DNA of 64,000 nt from an uncultured Acidobacteriota bacterium (GTDB taxonomy: Bacteria; Acidobacteriota; Thermoanaerobaculia; Multivoradales; JAHEKO01). The position numbers and the translations under genes are program-made. The DNA is taken from the NCBI GenBank assembly GCA_963713825.1, contig CAVQNG010000005.1, positions 288,001 to 352,000 of the forward strand. Reading direction: 5' to 3'. The notes beneath the pieces are model-generated. The model did not search any database. It saw only the letters and a list, made by a program, of their open reading frames with translations, and was not told where the DNA came from. This document shows, piece by piece, positions 9,504 to 20,100 of this stretch. Numbering within the stretch: position 1 is the stretch's first letter; each line of letters opens with the position of its first letter.

Positions 9504-9875
9504 ATGTCTAGAGTCAAGCGAGGCAGTCGCCGAGCGCAGCGCCGCAAGAAAATACTCAAACAGACCAGGGGCTACTACGGCACCAAGTCGAGAGCCCACC
9601 GGATCGCCAAGCAGGCGGTGGATCGTTCGCTGAAGTTCGCCTATCGCGACCGGCGGCAGAAGAAGCGCAACTTCCGCTCCCTGTGGATCGTTCGAATCAA
9701 CGCCGCTGCACGGCTCAATGGTCTGAGCTACAACCGTCTGATCGAAGGCCTGAAGAAGGCCGACAGCGAGATCAACCGTAAGATGCTGGCCGATCTGGCC
9801 GTGAAGGACCCCAAGGCCTTCGCCAACCTGGTCGAAGTGGCCAAGGGAGCTCTGGAGCCAGCTTCGAGCTCGTAG
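9504..9875 (+). CDS. rplT: 50S ribosomal protein L20
   Basis: MSRVKRG...[25 protein letters not shown]...[10 protein letters not shown]. Confidence 0.97.
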   Translation: MSRVKRGSRRAQRRKKILKQTRGYYGTKSRAHRIAKQAVDRSLKFAYRDRRQKKRNFRSLWIVRINAAARLNGLSYNRLIEGLKKADSEINRKMLADLAVKDPKAFANLVEVAKGALEPASSS

Positions 9876-9878
9876 GCC

Positions 9879-10934
9879 GTGGCCAGCGAGGAACCGGGGG
9901 CTGGAGCCCCTCCGCCGAGCATCACCGAGCAGATCGAACTGTTCCGGGACGAGGCCGCCCAGGTCGCGGACCGGGAGTCGTGGCAGCTGCTGCGGGTCCG
10001 ATGGATAGGACGCAAGCAGGGCATCGTGCGCTCGCTGCTCGGGCAGCTGAAGGACATTCCACCGGCTGACAAGAAGGACTTTGGGCAGGCGGTCAATCAG
10101 CTCAAGGTGCTGGTGGAGGAGAGGCTCGCGTGCCTCGATGAAGAGCTCTCCGAGCGGGAGCGCCAGCAGGCCGCAAGCTCGGCGTCGGTCGATGTGACGT
10201 TGCCCGGCCGACAACCGGTTCTGGGGAGTGTTCATCCTGTGAACCTGGTGACCCAGAAGATCATCGAGATCTTCTCGGGGCTGGGCTACAGCGTTGCCGA
10301 AGGGCCGGAAGTCGAGGACGACTATCACAACTTCGAGGCGCTGAATTTCCCCCCCGACCACCCGGCTCGCGACACCCAGGACACCTTCTTTCTCGAGGAC
10401 GGACGGCTACTTCGGACCCACACATCGCCGGTGCAGATTCGCACCATGCTGGCGCGCACTCCACCGATTCGCATCCTCTGCCCGGGGCGGGTCTATCGGC
10501 ACGACAATGATCTGCGGCACTCGCCGATGTTCCACCAGGTGGAGGGCCTGGCCGTGGCTGAAGGCATCACCATGGGCCATCTGAAGGGCACTCTGGAGGC
10601 TTTCATCCAGCAGCTCTTCTCGCCTGATACCGGAGTGCGCCTGCGACCGAGCTACTTCCCCTTCACCGAGCCTTCGGCCGAGGTGGATATCACGTGCCCG
10701 TTCTGCAGCGGCGGCGGATGTCAGGTCTGCTCGCAGACCGGTTGGATGGAGATCCTCGGTGCCGGCATGGTCGATCCCAGGGTACTGTCCGGTTGTGGCA
10801 TCGATCCGAAGATCTACTCGGGTTTTGCCTTCGGACTCGGGATCGATCGAGTGGCCATGATTCGCTACGGGATTCCGAATATCCGCCTGCTGTTCGACAA
10901 CGACGAGCGTCTTCTCCGGCAGGTGAAAATCTGA
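9879..10934 (+). CDS. pheS: Phenylalanine--tRNA ligase alpha subunit
   Basis: HPARDTQDTF, LRTHTSPVQ, RPSYFPFTEPSAE, GFAFGLGIDR. Confidence 0.98.
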   Translation: MASEEPGAGAPPPSITEQIELFRDEAAQVADRESWQLLRVRWIGRKQGIVRSLLGQLKDIPPADKKDFGQAVNQLKVLVEERLACLDEELSERERQQAASSASVDVTLPGRQPVLGSVHPVNLVTQKIIEIFSGLGYSVAEGPEVEDDYHNFEALNFPPDHPARDTQDTFFLEDGRLLRTHTSPVQIRTMLARTPPIRILCPGRVYRHDNDLRHSPMFHQVEGLAVAEGITMGHLKGTLEAFIQQLFSPDTGVRLRPSYFPFTEPSAEVDITCPFCSGGGCQVCSQTGWMEILGAGMVDPRVLSGCGIDPKIYSGFAFGLGIDRVAMIRYGIPNIRLLFDNDERLLRQVKI

Positions 10935-13000
10935 TGCTCTTCTCCTTCGACTGGCTGTGTCGGTATGTCGATCCGCAAGCCGATGTTTCGACGGTTGCGG
11001 ATCGGTTGACAGCGGCTGGCCTGGCCGTGGAAGGTCTCGAGCCACGTGGTGACGATGTCCTCATGGATGTCGACGTGACGACCAACCGTCCCGACTGCAT
11101 GAACCATCTGGGACTGGCGCGCGAAGTTGCAGTTGCACTCGCCAAGCCCCTGGAGGTTCCTGTTGGGAAGGCCACGGAGTCCGAGAGAGCGACCTCCGAG
11201 GTGGCCGCGGTAGAGCTCGAGGACGCGGTGGGTTGCCCGCGCTACGTAGCTCGTGTGATCGAAGGGGTCGAGGTCGGTCCCAGCCCCGACTGGCTGGTGG
11301 CGCATCTCGAAGGGTTGGGGATGCGATCGATCAACAACGTCGTCGACGTCTCCAATTTTGTTCTCTGGGAGCTCGGGCAGCCAACCCATGCCTTCGACCT
11401 GGACAAGCTCGCCGAGCGGCGAATTGTCGTGCGGCGGGGCATTGGAGGCGAGACGCTGGTGACGCTGGATGGCGAGCGTCGGGAGCTGGAGCCGGAAATG
11501 CTGGTCATCGCCGATGCCGAGCGCGCCGTGGCGCTGGCAGGTGTGATGGGTGGGCTGGACTCGGAAGTCACCGGGGAGACCGTCAACATCCTCCTCGAAA
11601 GCGCCCACTTCGATCCGACACGGGTCCGGGAGACAGCCAATCGGTTGGGGATGCACACGGACGCCAGCCACCGGTTCGAGCGCGGCGCCGACCCGCAAGT
11701 CTGTCGTCGCGCGGCCGACAGGGTTGTGGCACTCATCCAGGAGCTGGCCGGGGGTGAGCTTCTGAACGGCGCCGTAGACGTCCGCAACGACAAGCTCGAC
11801 TGGGAGCTGTCTGGGGAGCTCGATCTCGAGCGACTCGTGCGCTTCGCTGGCACAGAGATCACCGCGGACCAGGTCGAAGGCTGGATGGGCGGACTGGGCT
11901 TCGAGCTGCATTCCGAAGGTACGGGCCGGTGGCAAGTGAACGTCCCCTCCTGGCGCTACTACGACTTCAAGCCCCTTCCTGGCCGACCTGCCGGGCGAGA
12001 TCAACCGCAGGTCTGGGAAGCCGATCTGTTCGAAGAGGTCTTGCGTCTGCACGGTTTTGACGACATCCCTGCGCAACTCCCTGCACTGGCAGGTCCTGAC
12101 GCCGGCTCGAGCGCGGGCCACGAGCGCCGCGAGGCAATTCGGTGGCACCTGGCGGCCTGCGGTTTCGTCGAGGCGATCACTTACTCGTTCCACGAAGCCG
12201 AGCTCGAAGGCACGGTCCCGGTGCTGAGCAGGAATGGCGAGGCCCTGAAGCTGTCGAATCCACTATCCGAGCTCTATTCGGTCATGCGGCGATCGATGCT
12301 GCCAGGCCTGGAAGCGACGGCTGCCTACAACCAGCGCCGTGGAGCCGGGTCGATTCGCTTGTTCGAGATCGGTCATGTCTTTCCTGGGGGAGCCGCGAGC
12401 GAGGTCGAGGCTGTCGGCCTGATTGCCGGTGGCAGCTCGGAGACGCCCTGGAACCGGCGCCAGGACTTCGATCTCTTCGATTTGAAGGGTGTCGTGGAGA
12501 GTCTGGGTGCGAGGTTCAATGTGCGACTCACCGCCCGCCCGGCCGAGCTCCCAGGGTTGGTCAAAGGTACCGGTAGCGAGCTGGTCTGGGAGGAGACCGA
12601 CGAGGTGGTGGGATTCACGGGTCAGTTGGCTGACGAGAGCTTTCCGTTTCCCCTCTTTGTTGCCGAGCTGAAGACCTCGGTTCTGGGTGTCTCGGAGGTC
12701 CTTGTGGTTCACCCACCGTCGCGATTCCCATCCGTCGAGGCCGACCTGACACTGACCCACGACCTGGAGATTCCCTGGCGAGAGATCGAACTGGAGATCA
12801 CCAAGACGCGGCCGGTGGATCTGATGTCTTTCGGCTTGAAGGACCGCTATCTTGGTGCAGGGGTGCCCGAGGGAGCGGTTAACACGACCCTCTATTTCCT
12901 CTACAATGCCAGCGACCGCTCACTCACCCAGGAAGAGGTGAATCAACAAACCGAGGCGATTCGACAGCAGCTGGAAGGTCGATTCGGCTGGGAGGGGTAG
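10934..13000 (+). CDS. pheT: Phenylalanine--tRNA ligase beta subunit (short form lacking the B2 OB-fold)
   Basis: ATG overlaps the pheS stop (TGATG); TNRPDC, INNVVDVSN, GQPTHAFD, ASHRFERG, RLFEIG and C-terminal anticodon-binding domain. Confidence 0.95.
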   Translation: MLFSFDWLCRYVDPQADVSTVADRLTAAGLAVEGLEPRGDDVLMDVDVTTNRPDCMNHLGLAREVAVALAKPLEVPVGKATESERATSEVAAVELEDAVGCPRYVARVIEGVEVGPSPDWLVAHLEGLGMRSINNVVDVSNFVLWELGQPTHAFDLDKLAERRIVVRRGIGGETLVTLDGERRELEPEMLVIADAERAVALAGVMGGLDSEVTGETVNILLESAHFDPTRVRETANRLGMHTDASHRFERGADPQVCRRAADRVVALIQELAGGELLNGAVDVRNDKLDWELSGELDLERLVRFAGTEITADQVEGWMGGLGFELHSEGTGRWQVNVPSWRYYDFKPLPGRPAGRDQPQVWEADLFEEVLRLHGFDDIPAQLPALAGPDAGSSAGHERREAIRWHLAACGFVEAITYSFHEAELEGTVPVLSRNGEALKLSNPLSELYSVMRRSMLPGLEATAAYNQRRGAGSIRLFEIGHVFPGGAASEVEAVGLIAGGSSETPWNRRQDFDLFDLKGVVESLGARFNVRLTARPAELPGLVKGTGSELVWEETDEVVGFTGQLADESFPFPLFVAELKTSVLGVSEVLVVHPPSRFPSVEADLTLTHDLEIPWREIELEITKTRPVDLMSFGLKDRYLGAGVPEGAVNTTLYFLYNASDRSLTQEEVNQQTEAIRQQLEGRFGWEG

Positions 13001-13005
13001 GCACC

Positions 13006-13236
13006 ATGGATCTGAACTGGCTGAAGAACCTCGAAAAGCAGGTGCAGGCCGCCACAGATGAGATCGAGGCCCTGCGCAAAGAGAACTCCGCGTGCAAGTC
13101 GAAGGTCAAGCAGCTCGAGCAGAAGCTGACCGAAGCGCGCCGCGCCGACCAGTCCGCGGGTGACTGGGAAAAGGAGCGGCAGGCGGTGCGGGAGCGGGTC
13201 GAAACACTCGCCGCGGGCCTCGAGAAGCTCCTCTGA
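13006..13236 (+). CDS. Small coiled-coil protein, ZapB-like
   Basis: Heptad-rich 76 aa protein between pheT and zapA. Confidence 0.7.
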   Translation: MDLNWLKNLEKQVQAATDEIEALRKENSACKSKVKQLEQKLTEARRADQSAGDWEKERQAVRERVETLAAGLEKLL

Positions 13237-13325
13237 ACCCCTCCTCCCTGTGGTATAGTCCCTGCAAGTAAGCCCTTGGGAAGGCACGACTTGTCCTCCG
13301 TAGAGGGCTGTCTGGGAACGGTCTG

Positions 13326-13622
13326 ATGGCTGCCAAAACCACCACCGCAACCGAAGTGGAGATCTTTGGTGCCGTCTACCATGTTCGAGGAGACAAGAAT
13401 CCGGAGTACCTCCGGGAGCTGGCCGCAGTTGTCGACGCGAGAATGCGCGATATTTCGCAGCAAGTCACGACGATCGATACGGCCAAAATAGCGATCCTGG
13501 CGGCGCTCAACGTAACAGACGAACTTTTCCAGTGCCGGAAGCAACAAGAAGGGGATCGGGTCGAGATCAAGGAGAAGGTGACGGAGCTGGCAGGACGACT
13601 GGAAGAAAAACTACAGAAGTAA
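13326..13622 (+). CDS. zapA: Cell division protein ZapA
   Basis: VEIFGAVYHV...LAAVVDARM...AILAALNVTDEL. Confidence 0.9.
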   Translation: MAAKTTTATEVEIFGAVYHVRGDKNPEYLRELAAVVDARMRDISQQVTTIDTAKIAILAALNVTDELFQCRKQQEGDRVEIKEKVTELAGRLEEKLQK

Positions 13623-13680
13623 GTACTGAGGTAGTCGTTCTTCGGTTTCGCCCATCTTTGACAAGCATATGAATTTGGTA

Positions 13681-13862
13681 TCCCCTGTGTGGTTTGTGAT
13701 GGGTCCTGCAGTTGTAGAACCAACAGCATATTCGAGGGAGTCTTTCTTCCATGGCGCCTGTGCCAGCCCCGACACGACGGGGACGCTAACGGCTCATAGA
13801 GCGGACACCCACCTGGTGAGGGCCAGGTTCTAAACGAACGACCCACACGGCTTCGCGGGGGA
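13681..13862 (+). ncRNA. ssrS: 6S RNA
   Basis: About 180 nt between zapA and rny; ends pair (TCCCCTGTG/CGCGGGGGA); internal TGGGTC...TAGAACC pairs with GGTTCTA...GACCCA flanking a central bulge. This is the conserved zapA-6S synteny. Confidence 0.85.
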
Positions 13863-13869
13863 TGCTGAT

Positions 13870-13894
13870 TCCCTTCCCTTGAAAAGGGAAGGGA
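13870..13894 (+). terminator. Hairpin after 6S RNA (terminator or processing signal)
   Basis: TCCCTTCCCTT-GAA-AAGGGAAGGGA, perfect 11-bp stem with no U tract. Confidence 0.4.
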
Positions 13895-13943
13895 GGCGGA
13901 TCTTCCCCGTACCCACCTTGACTTCCGCACAGGGGGTCCAACG

Positions 13944-15506
13944 GTGGATACAACCATGACAGTTTTTGCGGTTGCCGTGGTGGCAATAGCCGCCATGGCT
14001 ATCTGGTGGTTTGGCCTGCGGCGGGCGGCGCGACGGACGACCGCCCAGGCGCGGCGCCAAGCGGCGAAGGTCCTGGAAGAAGCCGAGCGCGAGAAGGAAA
14101 CGAAGCTCCGCGAGGCCGACCTCGCGGCAAAAGAAAAGCTGTTGCAGGCGCGAGGCGAGTTCGAGAAGGTCTCTCGCAAGCACCGCTCCGAGCTCGAGGC
14201 TCTCGAGAGGCGCCTGTCTCAAAAAGAAGACAATCTGGAGAAGCGGCTCGATGAGCTGGTCGCCAAGGAGAAGGACTTCACGACTCGCGAACGGTCGCTG
14301 GCCGAGCGTGATCAGACCCTGACCCGCAAGCAGGAGGAGCTCGATCAGGTCCTTTCGACAGGTCGTCAACGGTTGGAGCAGATTGCCGGACTGACGGCTC
14401 AGCAGGCCGTCGACGAGCTGAAGAAAATGATGGAGGAAGAGGCGAGGATGCAGGCGGCCCACATGGTCAAGCGCATCGAGGACGAGGCTCGGGAGCAGGC
14501 TAGCAAACAGGCTCAACGGATCATCGGTATGGCGGTCCAGCGAGGTGCCTCCGACTATGTCGCCGAGGCCACCGTATCGGTGGTGATGCTGCCGGGCGAC
14601 GAGATGAAGGGCCGCATTATCGGTCGTGAGGGGCGCAATATCCGAGCCCTGGAGATGGCGACCGGGGTGGACCTCATCGTCGACGACACACCCGAGGCCG
14701 TCATCCTCTCCGGATTCGATCCCTACCGGCGGGAGGTGGCCCGGGTCTCGCTCGAACGGCTGATCGCCGACGGCCGCATTCACCCGGCGCGGATCGAGGA
14801 GGTTGTCGAGAAGGTCAAGGCGGAGTTCGAAGTAAGGGTGCAGCAAGAGGGTGAGGCAGCCCTGCTCGAGCTCAACATCCCGAACGTGCATCCCGAGCTG
14901 CAGAAGCTACTAGGGCGCCTGCGCTATCGGACCTCCTACGGTCAGAATGTGTTGCAGCACAGCAAGGAAGTGTCTTTTCTCGCCTCGACCATGGCGGCCG
15001 AGCTCAAGGTCAACATCCCGGTGGCGCGCCGCGCCGGCCTGATGCACGACATCGGCAAAGCGGTGGACCGCGAGATGGAAGGAACTCACGTCGAGATCGG
15101 CATCGATCTGCTGCGTCGGTATGGTGAAAGCGAAGAGGTCATCCACGCCATGGCCTGTCACCACGGCGACTACGATCCGGACACCGTGGAGGCAGTCCTC
15201 GTGACGGCTTCCGATGCCCTGTCCGCAGCTCGGCCGGGAGCCCGCAGGGAGGTGCTGGAAACCTACGTCAAGCGTCTCGAAAAGCTGGAGGAGATCGCGG
15301 CCGGCTTCAAGGGGGTGCAGAAGAGCTTCGCGATCCAGGCCGGCAGAGAGATCAGGGTTATCGTCGACTCGAAGCGTCTGAGCGACGAGAAGGCCACCTG
15401 GTTGTCGAGGGACATCGCGCAGAAGGTCGAGAACGAGCTGACCTACCCGGGGCAGATCAAGGTGACGGTGATTCGGGAGACTCGATCCATCGAGTACGCC
15501 AAGTGA
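13944..15506 (+). CDS. rny: Ribonuclease Y
   Basis: N-terminal TM helix, coiled coil, KH motif KGRIIGREGRNIR, HD motif MHDIGK, SAARPGAR. Confidence 0.97.
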   Translation: MDTTMTVFAVAVVAIAAMAIWWFGLRRAARRTTAQARRQAAKVLEEAEREKETKLREADLAAKEKLLQARGEFEKVSRKHRSELEALERRLSQKEDNLEKRLDELVAKEKDFTTRERSLAERDQTLTRKQEELDQVLSTGRQRLEQIAGLTAQQAVDELKKMMEEEARMQAAHMVKRIEDEAREQASKQAQRIIGMAVQRGASDYVAEATVSVVMLPGDEMKGRIIGREGRNIRALEMATGVDLIVDDTPEAVILSGFDPYRREVARVSLERLIADGRIHPARIEEVVEKVKAEFEVRVQQEGEAALLELNIPNVHPELQKLLGRLRYRTSYGQNVLQHSKEVSFLASTMAAELKVNIPVARRAGLMHDIGKAVDREMEGTHVEIGIDLLRRYGESEEVIHAMACHHGDYDPDTVEAVLVTASDALSAARPGARREVLETYVKRLEKLEEIAAGFKGVQKSFAIQAGREIRVIVDSKRLSDEKATWLSRDIAQKVENELTYPGQIKVTVIRETRSIEYAK

Positions 15507-16291
15507 AACTTCTATTCGTAGGCGACGTCGTGGGCAAGCCGGGGAGGGTGGCCCTGCTGCATCTGTTGCCATCCCTCGTCGATAAGCACAAAGCAGACTA
15601 TGTGGTGGTCAACGTCGAGAACGCGGCTGGCGGTTTCGGAGTCACGCCCGAGGTGCTCTTGGAGCTCGAGGACTTGCCCGTCGACTGCTGCACGAGCGGC
15701 AATCACATCTGGGACAAGAAGGAAGGCCTGACGCTGCTCGAGGAGAATCCGCGGTTGCTGCGGCCGGCGAACTACCCGGAGGGCAATCCGGGAAGCGGAG
15801 TCTATGTCGGGGAGACCGCCGCGGGCATTCCTGTAGCCACCCTCAATCTCGAGGGCCAGGTCTTCATGAAGCCTCTGGAGTCACCGTTCAAGGTGGCCGA
15901 TCGACTTCTGGCCGCGCTCGACCCGGAAGTCAGGGTCATTCTGGTCGACTTTCATGCCGAAGCGACGAGCGAGAAGCAAGCTCTCGGTTTCTACCTGGAT
16001 GGCCGGGTATCGGGAGTTGTCGGAACCCACACGCACGTGCCGACGGCGGACGAGCGGTTGCTACCAGCCGGCACGGCGTTCATTACGGACGTCGGAATGA
16101 CAGGGCCCTATGAATCCATCATCGGCATGCGCTCGGAGAAGGTCTTGAAGCGCTTCCTGCTGCAGAGTCGGGTGGCATTCGAGGTGGCGAAGAGAGACGT
16201 TCGCCTGGCAGGTGTCGTCATCGATGTCGATGAGACCACGGGCAGGGCCCGAAGCATCGAACGGATACTGATCGAACATGACAAACAGTGA
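15503..16291 (+). CDS. ymdB: YmdB-family metallophosphoesterase
   Basis: GDVVGKPG, NVENAAGG, GNHIWD, DFHAEATSEK, GTHTHV; directly after rny. Confidence 0.92.
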   Translation: MKLLFVGDVVGKPGRVALLHLLPSLVDKHKADYVVVNVENAAGGFGVTPEVLLELEDLPVDCCTSGNHIWDKKEGLTLLEENPRLLRPANYPEGNPGSGVYVGETAAGIPVATLNLEGQVFMKPLESPFKVADRLLAALDPEVRVILVDFHAEATSEKQALGFYLDGRVSGVVGTHTHVPTADERLLPAGTAFITDVGMTGPYESIIGMRSEKVLKRFLLQSRVAFEVAKRDVRLAGVVIDVDETTGRARSIERILIEHDKQ

Positions 16292-17177
16292 TGCCAGGTC
16301 CATTGGGTCTCTCGAGGCCCTCTGTGAGACGCCCGGTAGGTTGCCGTTGTCTGTCGTCATCACGACCTACAACGAAGAGGTCAACATCGCGGACTGCCTG
16401 CGATCGGTGCTGTGGGCCGATGAGATCTTGCTGGTGGACTCCTTATCGACCGACCGCACCCTGGAATACGCTCGCGAGTTCCCTATCGAGATTCTCGAGC
16501 GCGAGTACTTCGGCTCGGCCGCCCAGAAGAACTGGTCGTTGGACAAGATCCAGCACGACTGGGTCTTGATCCTCGACGCCGACGAGCGCGTCACGGAACC
16601 ACTGGCCAGGGAGATCCTGCAGCTACTGATCGAGGGGCCGAGCGCCAAGGGCTACTACCTTCGCCGGCAGAACATCGTTCTGGGTAAGGCGATTCGGCAC
16701 TCCGGCTGGTCGACCGACAAAGTCATCCGCTTGTTCGACAAAGCACACGGTCGCTATCCCAATCGCCGGGTGCATGCCGATCTCGACATCGAGCCACCCA
16801 CTCCGACGCTGCGCAATCCACTGGACCACTATACGTACCGCTCTGTCCAGCAGTACTTCGAGAAATTCCTCAACTATGCCGAGTGGGGGGCCGCACAGGG
16901 CTATCGGGAAGGCAAGAAGGCCGGGTTCCTCGAAATCGGTGGCCGCCCGTCCTGGCGGTTCTTTCGCACCTATTTCCTGCAGGGCGGCTTTCTCGACGGT
17001 CTGCACGGGCTCGTGGTCTGCGGCTTGCAGGCATTCGGCGTTTTCTTGAAATATGCCTGGCTATGGGAGCTCCGAATCAAAGAGAGCCTGGGTGAAGAGG
17101 TCAAGCTCCCGGCCTTCGATGACGATGCCGCCACCTGGGAGCGCCCGCCGGGTTCCGAGCCCGACGATGCTGACTGA
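16278..17177 (+). CDS. Glycosyltransferase family 2 (LPS beta-1,4-glucosyltransferase-like)
   Basis: SVVITTYNEE, DSLSTDRT, LILDADE, GGFLDG. Confidence 0.9.
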   Translation: MTNSDARSIGSLEALCETPGRLPLSVVITTYNEEVNIADCLRSVLWADEILLVDSLSTDRTLEYAREFPIEILEREYFGSAAQKNWSLDKIQHDWVLILDADERVTEPLAREILQLLIEGPSAKGYYLRRQNIVLGKAIRHSGWSTDKVIRLFDKAHGRYPNRRVHADLDIEPPTPTLRNPLDHYTYRSVQQYFEKFLNYAEWGAAQGYREGKKAGFLEIGGRPSWRFFRTYFLQGGFLDGLHGLVVCGLQAFGVFLKYAWLWELRIKESLGEEVKLPAFDDDAATWERPPGSEPDDAD

Positions 17178-17183
17178 GAAGCC

Positions 17184-20100
17184 TCAATCCGGCTCGACCG
17201 CAGCCGACTGTGTATCCCAGATCGCCTCGTTGGCGAGGCTGAGGGAGAAGATCCTCACATCTTCGGCTTCTGGCAGCTCGATGGCCTGGGTGGGCTGCCG
17301 CACATCGAGCACATGATGGTACAGGTAGCAGAAGACGTAGGGTTCGTCCGAGCCCCGGGCGTCGTGTCGATGCGTGGCATACCAGGCGACACTCGGCGCC
17401 TGCGGCCGCACCGAGCCCGGAACCAGAGTCGGCAGGCGGAGCGGCCATCCTGACGACTCCAGCCAGGTCTCCAGCCACCCGGAGTAGGGGTGGAATCGCA
17501 CGCCCGCTTCGCCTGGTCCGAGGCGCAAGACATGGTCCTGGATGCCGCCGACTGAAGCGGCCAGAAGGTGGATTCGGTTGAAGTCTCCCCGTGGTACCTC
17601 GATCTTCTGGCCACGGCAGACCAGAGTATTCAGCGCGCCACCGGCGGCCGGACCGAGCTGAAACTCGATGCCGCCGGAAGAGAGGCTAGCTGGGAACAGC
17701 TCGGCGGGAATCGAATGTCCCCTGCGGTCCAACCCCGGGCCGTTGGGTTGATCCTGGGCGCTCGTCGCGGCCAGATTCCAAGGCAAGGGGACGGGTCTGC
17801 ACAGGGGTGCCATCAGGGTCGAATCGGGTGGCCCGATCTCGAGGGCGAAGGCTCTCGGTTGAAAGGGCCGCAGCTCGGTCAGTAACCGACCCTTGTGAAG
17901 CCGAACCGTTCCAAGCTCCTCTTCGCAACCGTCGACCTCTTTGGCTCTCTGAATCTCTGCCGGAAAGGTGAGTTGAACCGCATCGTGCTCGACGCCCGAG
18001 ATTTCCTGGACTCGGACGACAGTCCGTTGGCCAGCCTCCGCCCTCTTTATCGAGCCAACGGCGACGCCGTGATTGTTCGTCTCCAGAAATGTGAGGCTTC
18101 TGCCTAGCGGCCCTGAGTGAGAGCGAGTGCTGAAGGCTAGCAGTGGCTGGTTCAGACGGGCTGCCTGCCAGACGGTGTCGGCCTCGTTCCAGTCCCCTTC
18201 GTGAGCGTACAGAGCGTAGGTGAAGCGATGCCGGCCGAGGTCTTGAAAGCCCTGATGACGGAATTTGCGAACCACCCTTGGAGAGCGCAGCAATGACAGG
18301 CGGAGCGTCGAGTCGTCAGGTTTGTCCCAGCCGTACTTCGAGTCGCTGAGCACCGAAAGCCCACCGCCGGCGTCAACCGACGAGAGATCGGCCCACTGCT
18401 GGGCCGGTACTTCGTAACGCTCGCGACAATTGTTTCCTCGCGCGATGACGCCGAGGCCAAGGTCGTAGGTCGCCTCGGGATTCGGACTCGTGACCGGGAA
18501 CACGGCCTTGAGGAGCCTGCCGCGGGCCCCCCAGGTCACATCGTTGAAGACTTCCAACCTCCTACCGGCATCGCCATGGGTCAGCCGATAACGCTGGGTA
18601 AAGACGGAGCCAGCTGCCTGCCGGCGAACTTCGAGGCTGCACCTGACGGGTCCAGTCTCCAGAATGCGGCAGGAGGCCGGTGTGGAAATGCGCTGCGCTG
18701 CCGGGCTCGAGATATCTTCGAACAACACCTCCCAGGCGGGCCAACGAGCGGCACGGTCGGGCAGCAGCTCGAGGCCGGCCGGAGCCGAGAGGAGCTGACG
18801 CCGGAGGGTCTTGTCGAAGAGCTCGGCCAGGTCTCCGTTGGCATCGATCTCGACTCTGTAGAAGGTGTTTTCGAGACTTCTGTCGCTCGTTCGAAGAACG
18901 TCTTCGAGGACTCCGTCCGCTTCACCCTCGAGAATCTCGAACACCTGCACCGACAGCGGTGGTACTCGGGCCAGAAACGCCACCACCAGGTCTTTGCCGC
19001 TCGTAGTGATGATCTGAGCGGCACTCTCCTCTCCGTCAGTCGATCTGACCCGGAGTGCCGAGGGTGGCTCGCCGGCCCAGGGTAGCCGCGCCTCCACGAC
19101 GTCCTGACGCTCCACGGACAGGGGGTTGAAGACGATCAGGGGCAGGCCGTCCGTTTGGGTGTCCAGACCTGCTGCGATGGCGCCGATCGATTGGGTCAGC
19201 ACCGATTCGAACTGATTCAGGGCCAGCAACTCGTCGTTCCAGGAGAATCGATAGGCGGCCGGAATGCTGGTGCCGGTGAGATCGTCGTGCATCTGATGCC
19301 AGAGGAACCGCAGCCAGGCCTCGCGCAGACGCTCACTCGGATAGGGCAGGGCCCCCAGCCAGTCGGCGATGACGGCGGCCTTCTCGGCCGCTTCGGCCAT
19401 CTGCTCGTTGCGGCGGTTCCAGCCCTTGAGTGCTGCCTGAGAGGTCAGGCACCCAGTACCGTGCGTCGGGAGGAGAAGCTCCCCTCTATGTCGTGGTAGC
19501 CGCTCGACCTGCTCCGGCTGGAGGTCGCGAAACAGCTGATCCGAGCCGTCGACTCGCACCTGAATCGGTGCTCGACCCTCGACGCTGCGTTGGAGCCACT
19601 CCATGGAGGTCGCATCGAGACCACCGCCGCGATCGCCGACCCCGACGTACATGAGACCTAGGAAGGCGCCGCACTGTCGGCCCGTCTCATCGAGCCTCTC
19701 GATCCACCGCTGGGCCTGGCTGAGGTCCTCCCGCAGACCTTCCCCGTAGCCTTCGGGTCGGATGGCGGCGATGACACCGGTGCCATCAGGACCTTCCCAG
19801 CAACCGATGTCGAAGGGAATGGTGGCCGGTGCCATCCAGTTGCCGAACTTCTGGGCGGAGAAGCCCCGGAGGCCGCAGTGAGCGGCTATGGAAGGCAACG
19901 CGAACCCGAATCCGAAGCAATCGGGCAGGAACAGGTCACAGCTTCGGCGGCCGAACTCGCGCCCGAAGAATCCGTTGCCGTAAAGAACGTGGCGGATGAG
20001 CGACTCCGGGGACACGACGTTGACGTCGGGCGCGTCGAGCATGCTGCCGGCCAGCCGCCAGCGACCTCGCTCGATCAGACCCTTCAGACGCTCGTACTCC

